Shown: positions 29,780-39,455 of the stretch, piece after piece | How the letters are laid out: each line of letters opens with the position of its first letter | Numbering within the stretch: position 1 is the first letter of the stretch | NCBI GenBank assembly: GCA_047285305.1 | Contig: JBJBDL010000003.1 | Location: forward strand, 1,600,001-1,664,000 | Length of the DNA: 64,000 bases | Direction of reading: 5' to 3' | DNA from: Synechococcus sp. | Lineage (GTDB): Bacteria; Cyanobacteriota; Cyanobacteriia; PCC-6307; Cyanobiaceae | Made by a program: the position numbers and the translations under genes | The notes under the pieces: model-generated | Seen by the model: only the letters and a program-made list of their open reading frames with translations | Told to the model about the DNA's origin: nothing | Database searches by the model: none

Positions 29780-30932
29780 AGCCGTCTTCCGGCAATCCGC
29801 GCCTGTAGGTGAGCCAGCGGAACGAACCGAGCCCCGCGGGATCCACCAGTCGAAGCAGCGCTTCGCGGCGTTGCAAAGCTTCAGCCAACTGTTTGCCCGG
29901 TAGCTGCTGCAGTCCATGCAGACGCTCTGCAAGACCCAAGGCCAGCAATGCCTCGCCTTGTTTCGCCTGATCGCCCACCATCCAGCCGTTGCGCTGAGCC
30001 GCCTCATCCACGACCTCGATGCAGAGGTGTGCCGTGAGGTCCTGCTCGCCGGGCTGATCGAAGGGCGACAGCCCCGCCTGCTGAGCGCAAACAGCCATCA
30101 AGGTGCCGTCGGAGCGCCGGGCTGTGAAATAACGCCGTGCCTCCAGGGCGTAATCAATCACCAGCAGCACGCCCGCATCCACGGCGGCCGCAGCAGCAGC
30201 GAACCAGTCGGGCAATGCACTGTTCCACTCCGTGGTCCATCCCTCTTCGGCATCGGGGGGCGGCAACTGAATGGCGCCTTGGCTGCACACACGCCTGATC
30301 TCCTGGAGCAAACCATCGGGGAGAGGCCGATGCGTCGTTTGCAACTCACCGTTTGGATTGAGCTCCACCCACTGCTGCTGGAGGGATCCCTCCCGCCAGA
30401 TCAAGCGCTCCACTGGGAGGGCATCCAGCAACTCATGGGCGATCACCACCCCATGAACCGGAGCGCGGCGCAACGCGTCGAGAGAACACCAGCGCAGTGG
30501 CACATCATCCGCCTCTTGCAGCAGAGCCTGTTGCCGCCTCCGCATGCCGGGATTGGCCTCCACTAACACCAATTCGATACGAGCCAACAGCTCTGGATCA
30601 GCACCACGCAGCGCAGCAACAAGATCCCGGGCCAGATGGCCTTCGCCAGGGCCGATTTCCACGATCGACAGGCGTTGATCAGGATCACTTTGGGGAATCG
30701 AGTTCAGCCAGGCCAGGATTTGAGGAGCCAAAAGGGTTGCGAAATCACTACCCAGCGAGGGGGAGGTGACGAAATCACCCTGGGCTCCGATGAGGGCACG
30801 GCCTGAGCCGTAATACCCGTGCTCCGGCTCATTCAGAGCCAGATCCATGAACCGGTAAAACGGAACGGCACCCCCCGCCTGGTGCAGATGCGTTGCCAAC
30901 CAGTCGGGACAGGACGCAGCCATCGGTTCCAT
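29733..30932 (-). CDS. SAM-dependent methyltransferase, MidA/NDUFAF7 family
   Basis: [30 protein letters not shown] and QDLTAH. Confidence 0.88.
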   Translation of the reverse strand: MEPMAASCPDWLATHLHQAGGAVPFYRFMDLALNEPEHGYYGSGRALIGAQGDFVTSPSLGSDFATLLAPQILAWLNSIPQSDPDQRLSIVEIGPGEGHLARDLVAALRGADPELLARIELVLVEANPGMRRRQQALLQEADDVPLRWCSLDALRRAPVHGVVIAHELLDALPVERLIWREGSLQQQWVELNPNGELQTTHRPLPDGLLQEIRRVCSQGAIQLPPPDAEEGWTTEWNSALPDWFAAAAAAVDAGVLLVIDYALEARRYFTARRSDGTLMAVCAQQAGLSPFDQPGEQDLTAHLCIEVVDEAAQRNGWMVGDQAKQGEALLALGLAERLHGLQQLPGKQLAEALQRREALLRLVDPAGLGSFRWLTYRRGLPEDGFSLSGAQGSSGSRRD

Positions 30933-30963
30933 TGGAGAGAATGCCGGTCGCTGCAGCAGTTCC

Positions 30964-31773
30964 ATGGGAACACATCACATCCGACATCTGTGGACCCTCG
31001 TCGTGATGGCCCTGGTCAGCCTGGGTGTTCTGGTGACCCCGGCTGAGGCCTACGACAACCCGGAGCTGCTGCCGGATCACCCCACCCCGGTGATCGACCT
31101 CGCCAAGGTCTTCAGTGACACCCAGCGGGCCCAGCTGGAAGCATCCCTGGCGGATGTGGAGGAACGCACAGGCTGGAAGATGCGGGTGTTGACCCAGTAC
31201 GAGCGCACACCTGGTCTGGCCATTCGCGAGTTCTGGGGCCTGGATGAAAGCAGCCTGCTGCTGGTGGCCGACCCCCGCGGAGGGAACCTGCTGAACTTCA
31301 ACGTTGGCGATGCCTACTTCGCGATGATGCCGCGCACCTACTGGGTGGAGCTGCAGACCCGCTACGGCAACCAGTACTACGTAAAGGATCACGGCGAAGA
31401 CGGAGCCGTGCTGGATGCCCTCAATGCAGTGGAAATCTGTCTTGACCGTGGTGGTTGTCAGGTGGTGCCTGGCCTGCCCCAGGAACAGTGGCTTTGGACT
31501 CTGACCACCTCGATCTTTGGCGGCTTGATTGCCGGCTTTGCGGCCTACCCCCGGAAGGAGGGCGAAACCATCGCCTGGGCGTGGTTGCTGCTGCTCTCAC
31601 CGCTGTGGGTGATGCTGTTCGGCGTCTTCGGCGTAGCCCCCGTGGTGACGCGCACTTCAGAGTTGATGCCGCTACTTCGCAATGGGGTTGGTTTCCTGGC
31701 GGGAGGCATTGCCGCGTATCTGATCGCGCAAGCCACTGTCGGCAGGAAGCTTCAGAACGACGCCGAGGGCTGA
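30964..31773 (+). CDS. TPM-domain thylakoid protein
   Basis: TPVIDLAK, RVLTQYERTPG and LLNFNVG, with C-terminal TM helices. Confidence 0.8.
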   Translation: MGTHHIRHLWTLVVMALVSLGVLVTPAEAYDNPELLPDHPTPVIDLAKVFSDTQRAQLEASLADVEERTGWKMRVLTQYERTPGLAIREFWGLDESSLLLVADPRGGNLLNFNVGDAYFAMMPRTYWVELQTRYGNQYYVKDHGEDGAVLDALNAVEICLDRGGCQVVPGLPQEQWLWTLTTSIFGGLIAGFAAYPRKEGETIAWAWLLLLSPLWVMLFGVFGVAPVVTRTSELMPLLRNGVGFLAGGIAAYLIAQATVGRKLQNDAEG

Positions 31774-31798
31774 GGAACGTCGAGAAACGTGGATGACG

Positions 31799-32518
31799 TC
31801 AGAGCCGAGTGGCGCATTCAATGCGCGACCCGGTGCAGAGGGCCGGCGGAGGAGCGATGAGAGCCTGGCGCTTGACATCACGCAGACGCCGCAACTCCGC
31901 GAGATTCACGTCATAGAAGGAACGCAAACGTGCGTATTTCTTGACGGGCTGACCGTAGTAGCTGCGACCGGCAAGGGTAGGGAAGGACGCCCATTCGGGA
32001 GCCAGCATGGCGGCGAGCAGGGGGGTGAGAACACCGGTGTCGGTCAGACCCAGGGCTTTGCGCCGCTGAATCAGAAACAACGCGCCCTGGTCCTGAGCCT
32101 CAGGGCCGAAACCGCGCACACCGATGCTGCGCTGAACCAGGTTCCAGGTGAAGGGCATGAACTGGTAAGCCCCAGCAGCTGAACTGGCGTAGCGGGAGCT
32201 ATAGATAACCCGGTTGGGATGCCGGTCGAGGGAAGGCATCAAGCCACCGCCGAACATCACCCGATAGCCCACATCCAGACCCCCTTTCCATGTGCCTTCC
32301 GCAAAACGGATCGTGTTGAGCATCGCCCGACGTTCGGGCGTGATCACATAGGGAATGGCCTGGCTGGGCTGGAAATCTGAGGTATGGATCAACTGCGCCC
32401 GAGAAGCGGGGGGCAACACGCTCGCTTGGGCAGGAAGAAGTGAACTGATGGCAGGCAAAACTCCGAAGACCACGGCCGCATGAAGCGTCTGACGACCGAT
32501 GAATGCAGAGGTAGCCAT
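31799..32518 (-). CDS. Lambda-lysozyme-like muramidase (GH104)
   Basis: LNTIRFAEGT, SSAAGAYQF, FGPEAQD and EWASFP...YGQP. Confidence 0.88.
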   Translation of the reverse strand: MATSAFIGRQTLHAAVVFGVLPAISSLLPAQASVLPPASRAQLIHTSDFQPSQAIPYVITPERRAMLNTIRFAEGTWKGGLDVGYRVMFGGGLMPSLDRHPNRVIYSSRYASSAAGAYQFMPFTWNLVQRSIGVRGFGPEAQDQGALFLIQRRKALGLTDTGVLTPLLAAMLAPEWASFPTLAGRSYYGQPVKKYARLRSFYDVNLAELRRLRDVKRQALIAPPPALCTGSRIECATRL

Positions 32519-32724
32519 AAAGAGCGTTCAAGGAGGATGTCCTCGAAAGAGGACGACGAGCAGATCAGAAGCGGATGAAATGCTCGAGCAGAAAATTTTC
32601 CACTCTTTGGGACTTTCTCGAATCAAAAGCTGTGAGCAATAGGTATATATGCCAGTCAAATAATCGGCCAGGCCGCTAACAGGCGGGAAAATCAGCTCAA
32701 AAAGGTGTTGAAAAAGACCGAAAG

Positions 32725-33810
32725 TTAAAATAGAGATGTAACCAAAGCCACCAGTGCCAGAGCGGCTTCTTCAGCCCCTGATGCAGAAAGAGGGGCTTCG
32801 CTTGGCGCCAGCAACGGCTGGTCCAGCTGCCATGCCCCAGTGTCCAGCTCCTGACGGCTGAGAGAGCGATGCTGGCCATGGCGACGCAGGCCATCCATCA
32901 ACGCCGAAGCTTCGGCAAATCCGCTCCGCTCCACGACGTGCATCCCAACCCCTTGGGCCATCGCCTCGCAGAAGCTGCTGAAACCCGGCTTGCCCAAAAA
33001 ACGGGAGCAACGACCGAGCACATCGACAGGACGCAGGCCATCCGGCAGAAACGTGAGGTTGGGGAGCGCCGCAAACTCAGGCGCTTGCGAGGCATCTGCT
33101 GAAGCCGGAAGCAGGAAATGGTGGTTGGGCCAGAGCTGGAACAGATCCCGTGAAAGGGACAAGCCCAGACCTCCAAAACCCACCAACACCAGGGGAGCAT
33201 CCTGGGTATCAAGGCATGCATCAAGATCAGCCGTGAGGGGCCGCGGGCTGGAGCAGACCAAACCGAGCCTCTGTTCAGGCAACCCCCAATTCATGGCGAG
33301 GTCAAACGGACAGCGCAGCAACAGATCACCGCAGCGGTAGGCCTCAGCGGCAGCATCGGCCCAGCGTCGGAAGGCAAAACCCAAGGGTCGATAGATGTCG
33401 TCCCAACCGAAATTGCTCATCCACACCAGCGGTGCATCGAGGCGCTGGGCGAGGGCGGCTGCGGCCGGGGGAATATCCCCGATGATCAACACCGGCTGCC
33501 CCTTCGACGCAAGCCAGAGGGCCTCAGCCTCGATCAGGGCCGGCAGCCGTTGCTCCAGCTGATCCAGGGCCCTGAGGGTGGCGGCGCAATCCACACCGAG
33601 CGCGTCGGCCTGCACCATGCCGACATCCCATTGACAGGACCGCTGCTCAATCGCTGCATCCCCCAACAGCAGTTTGAGTACAGGGGAGGGCAGACCCGAG
33701 CTCATCACCAAGGTCCATTCAGGACGCAGGCGGAGCAGTTGCTGAAGCATCGCAGCATCGCGAGCCGCATGGCCGAAGCCGTGGCTGCTGCTGCAGAAAT
33801 AGATCAGCAC
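32725..33810 (-). CDS. GT-B fold glycosyltransferase-like conserved protein
   Basis: SSHGFGHAAR, GDIPP, NFGWDDIY and KPGFSSFCEA. Confidence 0.75.
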   Translation of the reverse strand: MLIYFCSSSHGFGHAARDAAMLQQLLRLRPEWTLVMSSGLPSPVLKLLLGDAAIEQRSCQWDVGMVQADALGVDCAATLRALDQLEQRLPALIEAEALWLASKGQPVLIIGDIPPAAAALAQRLDAPLVWMSNFGWDDIYRPLGFAFRRWADAAAEAYRCGDLLLRCPFDLAMNWGLPEQRLGLVCSSPRPLTADLDACLDTQDAPLVLVGFGGLGLSLSRDLFQLWPNHHFLLPASADASQAPEFAALPNLTFLPDGLRPVDVLGRCSRFLGKPGFSSFCEAMAQGVGMHVVERSGFAEASALMDGLRRHGQHRSLSRQELDTGAWQLDQPLLAPSEAPLSASGAEEAALALVALVTSLF

Positions 33811-34661
33811 GGCAACGGAGCATCGATCGGCAACTGCTCCTGATAAATCAACTCAGCATCAGGGGTGTACCAGCGATGGGCGAGCTGGATGAGGCGGGCT
33901 CCCTGGAATTCGGCCCAGGAGAGATGCAGCAGCGTTCGACCTTGCCCATCAACCCCTGAACGCGGCACACAGGCGGCATTGATCAGCGCGGTCCCATGGC
34001 GATGACGCAACAGGGTCTGGCGGAAACCAGAGCCGCGCTTGAGGGCATGGTGCATGTGGCCAAAGATCACCAGATCGGCAGGTCGGTCTTTGGCCATGCG
34101 GTCCAGGGCAAGGGCCAGATCCTGATCCCCCCAGTCCACCGCCGGTGTCTTCCAGTCGCGTCCGCAGGGACTCGCGGCCTCGGATCCCAACCCTGAGGGA
34201 CCGCAGTGGGCCATGACGATCAAGGGCTGATCAGCGGGTACATCAGCTGCAGCCTGCACAATCCGCTCGGCTGAAGCCTCAAGCGACACCGGGCCATACA
34301 TCGCCTCTACCGCCTTCGACAGGTGAAAACCTCCACCAGCACTGCAGGGCCGCGCACCCACAACCGTCAACGGGAGCTCCGGCCATTGAATTGAGCGCCA
34401 GGCGCAATGGAGATCACCGAGCACAGCGAGTTGTTGCTCGAGGATGCCGCCACTGCGATCTCGCCCGCGGTCGTGGTTCCCCAGGATCACGGCCACGGGG
34501 AAGGGAAGCCGCGTGATCCGGCGTGTCAGACGCAGATCCCCATCAGCAAGATCACCAACGAAAAGAACAGCGTCGGGCTTTAGCTGCTGCAGCAGCTGCT
34601 CATCCGCGTCGCCCCAGGCGCCGTGCAGATCACCAGCAATGGCGAGTCGCAGGTGCTTCAG
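33804..34661 (-). CDS. Metallophosphoesterase (TIGR04168-like)
   Basis: The frame extends upstream of the listed ORF: IAGDLHG, FVGD, LGNHD, AHCGP and FGHMH; probable CTG start. Confidence 0.85.
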   Translation of the reverse strand: MKHLRLAIAGDLHGAWGDADEQLLQQLKPDAVLFVGDLADGDLRLTRRITRLPFPVAVILGNHDRGRDRSGGILEQQLAVLGDLHCAWRSIQWPELPLTVVGARPCSAGGGFHLSKAVEAMYGPVSLEASAERIVQAAADVPADQPLIVMAHCGPSGLGSEAASPCGRDWKTPAVDWGDQDLALALDRMAKDRPADLVIFGHMHHALKRGSGFRQTLLRHRHGTALINAACVPRSGVDGQGRTLLHLSWAEFQGARLIQLAHRWYTPDAELIYQEQLPIDAPLPC

Positions 34662-34705
34662 AGCGAATGCCTAGGCTGTTGCCATCCTGCCCCGAACCGG
34701 TCCTG

Positions 34706-35638
34706 ATGAGCGCTGACACCGCCGTTGTTCCGGCGATCAACCGGCTTCGCCAGGACCGCAATGCCGTGATCCTGGCGCACTATTACCAGGAGCCGGAGAT
34801 TCAGGACATCGCCGATTTCGTTGGTGACTCCCTGGAGCTGTCGCGCAAGGCCTCCAGCACCGATGCAGACGTAATCGTGTTCTGCGGCGTGCACTTCATG
34901 GCGGAGACCGCCAAGATTCTTAGCCCGGAAAAGACGGTGGTACTCCCGGATCTAGAGGCCGGATGCTCCCTGGCAGATGACTGCCCCGCCGATGAGTTCG
35001 CCCGCTTTCGTGCACAACACCCCGACCACTTCGTGGTGAGCTACATCAACTGCACAGCCGCTGTAAAGGCGCAAAGCGATCTGATCTGCACCAGCAGCAA
35101 TGCCGTTGATCTGGTGAACCAATTGCCTGCCGATCAGCCCGTTCTGTTCGCCCCCGATCAGAACCTAGGGCGCTGGGTTCAGCAACAAAGCGGTCGCGAG
35201 CTGACCCTCTGGCCGGGACGCTGCATCGTTCATGAGACCTTCAGCGAAGAAGCCGTCCTGGCCCTCAAGCACGAACATCCCGGGGCTGAAGTCATCGCCC
35301 ACCCCGAGTGCCAGCAGAATCTGCTGGACCTGGCGGATTTCATTGGATCCACCAGCAAGCTGTTGAATTACGCCGAACAAAGCTCCTGCAACAGCTTCAT
35401 CGTTCTGACGGAACCGGGGATCCTGCATCAGATGCAGCAACGGGTTCCTAAAAAAACCCTGCTCGACGTGCCAGGGATCGATGGATGCAGTTGCAATGCC
35501 TGCCCCTATATGCGGCTCAACACCCTGGAAAAACTGAAGGCATGTCTGGAGACCCTCACGCCTGCGATCGAGATGGATGAATCGATGCGTCTGAGGGCCA
35601 TGAAACCCATGCAGCGCATGCTCGAGATGAGCCGGTGA
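34706..35638 (+). CDS. nadA: Quinolinate synthase
   Basis: [32 protein letters not shown] and CPYM. Confidence 0.96.
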   Translation: MSADTAVVPAINRLRQDRNAVILAHYYQEPEIQDIADFVGDSLELSRKASSTDADVIVFCGVHFMAETAKILSPEKTVVLPDLEAGCSLADDCPADEFARFRAQHPDHFVVSYINCTAAVKAQSDLICTSSNAVDLVNQLPADQPVLFAPDQNLGRWVQQQSGRELTLWPGRCIVHETFSEEAVLALKHEHPGAEVIAHPECQQNLLDLADFIGSTSKLLNYAEQSSCNSFIVLTEPGILHQMQQRVPKKTLLDVPGIDGCSCNACPYMRLNTLEKLKACLETLTPAIEMDESMRLRAMKPMQRMLEMSR

Positions 35639-35701
35639 CGCGCCAACGGATCAAAGAACGACGTGTAATACGAAAAAATTTTCGACAATCCGACCCTCGC
35701 G

Positions 35702-36136
35702 ATGCATGGCTCCCGTAATCCACCCCAGGGCATCAGAGTTCTGACCTTGATGGCAGCGTTGTCGGGGACCTTGTTCACCGCAGCAACTGCGCAACCGTGG
35801 AACCAACCGATTCCTGAACCCGCAACGGCGTCCACAGCACAAGCCATCAAGTTGGCCAAGCAACTCAACACTGTGGGCGCCAGGTTTTTTGGAGCCCATT
35901 GGTGCCCCGCCTGCAAAGAACAGATGAAGCTCTTCGGCAAACAGGCCGGAGGCAACCTGAACTACGTGGAATGCGGTCTGCCCGACAAGTACCCCGACCA
36001 GCTCAAACAATGCAGGGATGAAAACATTCGATCCATCCCCACTTGGACACGGCCCGGATCAACGCGGCTCCAGGGTGTTCAATCCATTGACACCCTGGAG
36101 CGCTGGAGTGGCCTGAGGCCTGAGCCACTGAATTGA
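35702..36136 (+). CDS. Secreted thioredoxin-like protein
   Basis: FFGAHWCPACKEQMKLFG, YVEC and IPTW, resembling the Trx domain of cyanobacterial VKOR. Confidence 0.78.
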   Translation: MHGSRNPPQGIRVLTLMAALSGTLFTAATAQPWNQPIPEPATASTAQAIKLAKQLNTVGARFFGAHWCPACKEQMKLFGKQAGGNLNYVECGLPDKYPDQLKQCRDENIRSIPTWTRPGSTRLQGVQSIDTLERWSGLRPEPLN

Positions 36137-36393
36137 TTACTTCTTACGGCAATAGCCAGCGCCAACATTCATCCAACCGGAGAGGCAGGCTTCACCATTG
36201 GTGGGCTTCACTCGTAATAGATCGGACACACACAGGTGTTGCCCAGCGTTTTGACGTAACCCAAGGGGCATTGGTTGTGGCCTTGGGCCTTGGAAATCTT
36301 TTTCTGAGCCAAAGCGGAACTGGGCGCAGAAAGGGCTTCAACAAACACAGTTGCAGCGAGCAGCTTTATGGCAAGCGTGACGAACGCGCTCAA
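36137..36393 (-). pseudogene. Cys-rich small secreted protein with a 1-bp frameshift
   Basis: QCPLGY...CPIYYE stops at 36208; the shifted frame continues VKPTNGEACLSGWMNVGAGYCRKK to 36137. Confidence 0.65.
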
Positions 36394-36436
36394 GGTGTAG
36401 ACCTTTCAAACTGTCTGAAGCGATCGGCGGCGGAGC

Positions 36437-37423
36437 TTGATCGAACGCACACAGGAGGGGTTGTATTGCCGTGCCGCAAAGGCCTGGGTCGATCCGTGGC
36501 GTCCGGTTCCCCGGGCCCTGATCACACACGCCCATGCCGACCACGCCCGACCCGGATGCGGGGAGTACTGGGCCGTGGCCTCCAGTGAAGGGGTTCTGCG
36601 CCAGAGGCTCGGCCAGGACATCACGCTTCACCCGGTGGCCTACGGCGAAGAGCACTGGCTGGGGCAATGCAAGGTGTCGTTTCACAGCGCCGGGCACGTG
36701 CTCGGTTCAGCGCAGATCCGCCTGGAATCGGAGGGTGAGGTGTGGGTGGTCAGTGGGGATTACAAACGGGATGACGACCCCAGTTGCGAACCCTTTGAAC
36801 CGGTGCGCTGCGATGTGTTGATCACCGAAGCCACCTTCGGAATGCCGATCTATCGCTGGCAAAGCGGTGAGCAGGTGGCCAAGGAGATCCATGCCTGGTG
36901 GAGCCGTGATCGCAGTAGGCCATCCCTGCTGTTCTGCTACGCCTTCGGCAAAGCCCAACGCTTGCTGGCTGAACTGAAGGCCATCGGCGTTGAGGAGGAG
37001 GTGCTGCTGCACGGCGCTGTTGAAACCGTGACCCGTCATTACCGCGACGCAGGGGTTCCGATGACCCCCAGTCGTCCCGTCAGCGAACTGCCCCGCAAGG
37101 ATCCGCTCGAAGGGCGATTGATCCTGGCGCCGCCATCGGCCCATCGCTCCAGCTGGATGCGCCGCTTTAAGTCACCTCAAACAGCCTTTGCCTCCGGCTG
37201 GATGGCAGTGCGCGGAGCCCGTAGACGGCGGGGCTACGAGCGGGGATTCGTGCTCAGTGATCACGCCGACTGGCCTGGACTGATCCAGACCGTTCGAGAC
37301 AGCGGTGCCCGCAAGGTGTACGTCACCCATGGACAGAGTGACGTTCTGGCCCGTTACCTGCGGGAGGTGGAGGGTGTGGATGCGGAGCCGCTGGAAACCC
37401 TGTTCGAAGGGGAGTCGGACTAG
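36437..37423 (+). CDS. Ligase-associated DNA damage response exonuclease (MBL/beta-CASP)
   Basis: ITHAHADH, AGHVLGSAQ, ITEATFG, YAFGKAQR and LSDHADW. Confidence 0.92.
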   Translation: MIERTQEGLYCRAAKAWVDPWRPVPRALITHAHADHARPGCGEYWAVASSEGVLRQRLGQDITLHPVAYGEEHWLGQCKVSFHSAGHVLGSAQIRLESEGEVWVVSGDYKRDDDPSCEPFEPVRCDVLITEATFGMPIYRWQSGEQVAKEIHAWWSRDRSRPSLLFCYAFGKAQRLLAELKAIGVEEEVLLHGAVETVTRHYRDAGVPMTPSRPVSELPRKDPLEGRLILAPPSAHRSSWMRRFKSPQTAFASGWMAVRGARRRRGYERGFVLSDHADWPGLIQTVRDSGARKVYVTHGQSDVLARYLREVEGVDAEPLETLFEGESD

Positions 37424-37680
37424 AACTTGTCGATGCCGTCCGGCAACTCGGGGAGGTTGAGGTTTGCTTCGCGACCTTCGATCGCGGCTGTGAGCGATTC
37501 GATCATCATGGCGTTGCCGCTGTCTTTGACGGCCTCAAGCGCCTTCTGAAGACGACGACGACGGTCGGATGAATCATCCGATGTCCCCGAACCAGCCACG
37601 GGGGTGACGACGGCCGTGGCTGAGGCGGTAGCGCGCACGCTGCTGAGTTGTCGCGCCAGGTTGTCCCAGAGGAGTGCCAT
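37420..37680 (-). CDS. Hypothetical protein
   Basis: 86-aa ATG ORF filling the gap inside the repair cluster. Confidence 0.65.
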   Translation of the reverse strand: MALLWDNLARQLSSVRATASATAVVTPVAGSGTSDDSSDRRRRLQKALEAVKDSGNAMMIESLTAAIEGREANLNLPELPDGIDKF

Positions 37681-37799
37681 CCGGCTGATTCAGGAAGCTG
37701 TCGCTCAGATCAACACAGGTCTCCACCGGATTTCCAGCACTGATCACAAAATGTCTTGTCAGGATGGCGGTGCTTTCCATCCATCCCGTTCAAGCGCGC

Positions 37800-39455
37800 A
37801 TGCGTGCCTTTCAGAACCTGTTCAATCAGTTGGATCAGGTCACGGGCACCAAGGCCAAGGTCCAAGCGCTGGTGGATCACTTTCAGGGGGTCGAAGCAGG
37901 GGAGGCGGCCTGGGCATTGACGCTGCTGCTGGGCAAACGCCGCCGGCGCCTGATCACCGGTCGTCGACTCCGCGACATTCTGCGGGACCGCGGTGGTCTT
38001 CCGGATTGGCTGATCGACGACTGCTACGGCCAGGTGGGCGACTCAGCCGAAACCATCAGCCTGCTCTGGCCCGCCGTGCAAAACCGCATTGAAGCAAGCG
38101 ATCCGGATCTGCCCAGCGGTGAAGGAGACATGCCCCTGAGCTGGTGGATGGACACCCTGCTGCCGGCCATCAGCACCAGAAACGACAACGATCAGGCCAA
38201 TGCCGTGATCTGGCTCTGGCACCGAACCTCGCTCGACCAACACTTCATCGTTAACAAGTTGCTCACGGGGGGATTCCGCGTCGGCGTGTCGACGGGCCTG
38301 ATCAGCCGCGCCATCGCCGAAGCGTTTGATCTCGAGGAAAGCCTTGTGGTGCAAAGGCTGATGGGCGGCTTTGAGCCCTCCGCTGAGCGCTTCAGGAAAC
38401 TCACCGCCTGCGCGACGGCGGATGAACACCGTTCCAGCGGCACCCCCTACCCCTTCTATCTAGCCAGTCCCCTGGAACCCGAACGACTGCTGGAGACATC
38501 GGCGAGCGATTGGCAACTGGAGTGGAAATGGGATGGAATCCGCGGTCAGCTGATTCATCGCGGGTCCGGCGTCTACCTCTGGAGCCGTGGAGAGGAACTG
38601 GTCAACGAGAGCTTCCCTGAGCTTGTGGAGGTGGCCAAGGCCTTGCCATCCGGCAGCGTTCTGGACGGCGAGCTGATCTGCTGGCAACAGGACGCAGCCG
38701 CGCCGCTTGGTTTTGATCAACTGCAACGACGACTCGGCCGCAAAAGCGTTGGAGCAACGTTGAGACGGGATTGCCCGATGCGGTTCATCGCCTACGACCT
38801 GCTGGAACATCAGGGCGCCGACATCCGCCAGCAGGGATTACGGCAACGCCAGCAGCATCTGGCTGCGCTGCTGGGCAGCATCGAGCACCCCGAGTCGTGG
38901 CGGTTGAAGCAGAGCCCATCCTGGTCGATCGACTCCTGGGAGGAACTGGAGACACAGCGCAACCAGGCCCGTCAACACAACGCCGAAGGACTGATGCTCA
39001 AACAAACGGAATCGCCCTACCTAAGCGGCCGCAAACGCGGCAACTGGTGGAAACACAAGCTGGAGCCGATGACCCTCGATGCGGTGCTCCTCTACGCCCA
39101 GGCCGGCAGTGGGCGTCGCGCCAACCTTTTCACCGACTACACCTTCGGCCTCTGGACCAACGCTGAAGAGCCGCAGTTGGTGACCTTCGCCAAGGCTTAT
39201 TCCGGCCTCAACGATGCCGAAATCCTCGAGCTTGACCGCTGGATCCGACGCAACACCTTGCAGCGCTTCGGGCCGGCACGGTCCCTGAAATCCGAGCTGG
39301 TGTTTGAAATCGGCTTTGAAGGCATCCACCCCTCAAAACGCCATAAATCCGGCATCGCCGTGCGTTTCCCGCGCATCCTGCGTTGGCGACGCGACAAACC
39401 CGCCGATGAAGCGGATTCACTCCAGACCGCGATGGCATTGATCGAGAACCGCTGA
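37800..39455 (+). CDS. ATP-dependent DNA ligase
   Basis: EWKWDGIRGQ motif I, LDGEL, EGLMLK and GIAVRFPRI. Confidence 0.95.
   Translation: MRAFQNLFNQLDQVTGTKAKVQALVDHFQGVEAGEAAWALTLLLGKRRRRLITGRRLRDILRDRGGLPDWLIDDCYGQVGDSAETISLLWPAVQNRIEASDPDLPSGEGDMPLSWWMDTLLPAISTRNDNDQANAVIWLWHRTSLDQHFIVNKLLTGGFRVGVSTGLISRAIAEAFDLEESLVVQRLMGGFEPSAERFRKLTACATADEHRSSGTPYPFYLASPLEPERLLETSASDWQLEWKWDGIRGQLIHRGSGVYLWSRGEELVNESFPELVEVAKALPSGSVLDGELICWQQDAAAPLGFDQLQRRLGRKSVGATLRRDCPMRFIAYDLLEHQGADIRQQGLRQRQQHLAALLGSIEHPESWRLKQSPSWSIDSWEELETQRNQARQHNAEGLMLKQTESPYLSGRKRGNWWKHKLEPMTLDAVLLYAQAGSGRRANLFTDYTFGLWTNAEEPQLVTFAKAYSGLNDAEILELDRWIRRNTLQRFGPARSLKSELVFEIGFEGIHPSKRHKSGIAVRFPRILRWRRDKPADEADSLQTAMALIENR

Noticed and set aside
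31799..32518. Phage-type lysozyme as a sign of a prophage
   Set aside because: There are no holin, structural or integrase genes nearby; GC is host-like and the neighbours are core genes.
32519..32700. Possible c-di-AMP (ydaO) riboswitch upstream of the muramidase
   Set aside because: Only a short GTCCTC/GAGGAC hairpin is visible; I could not find the conserved ydaO motifs.
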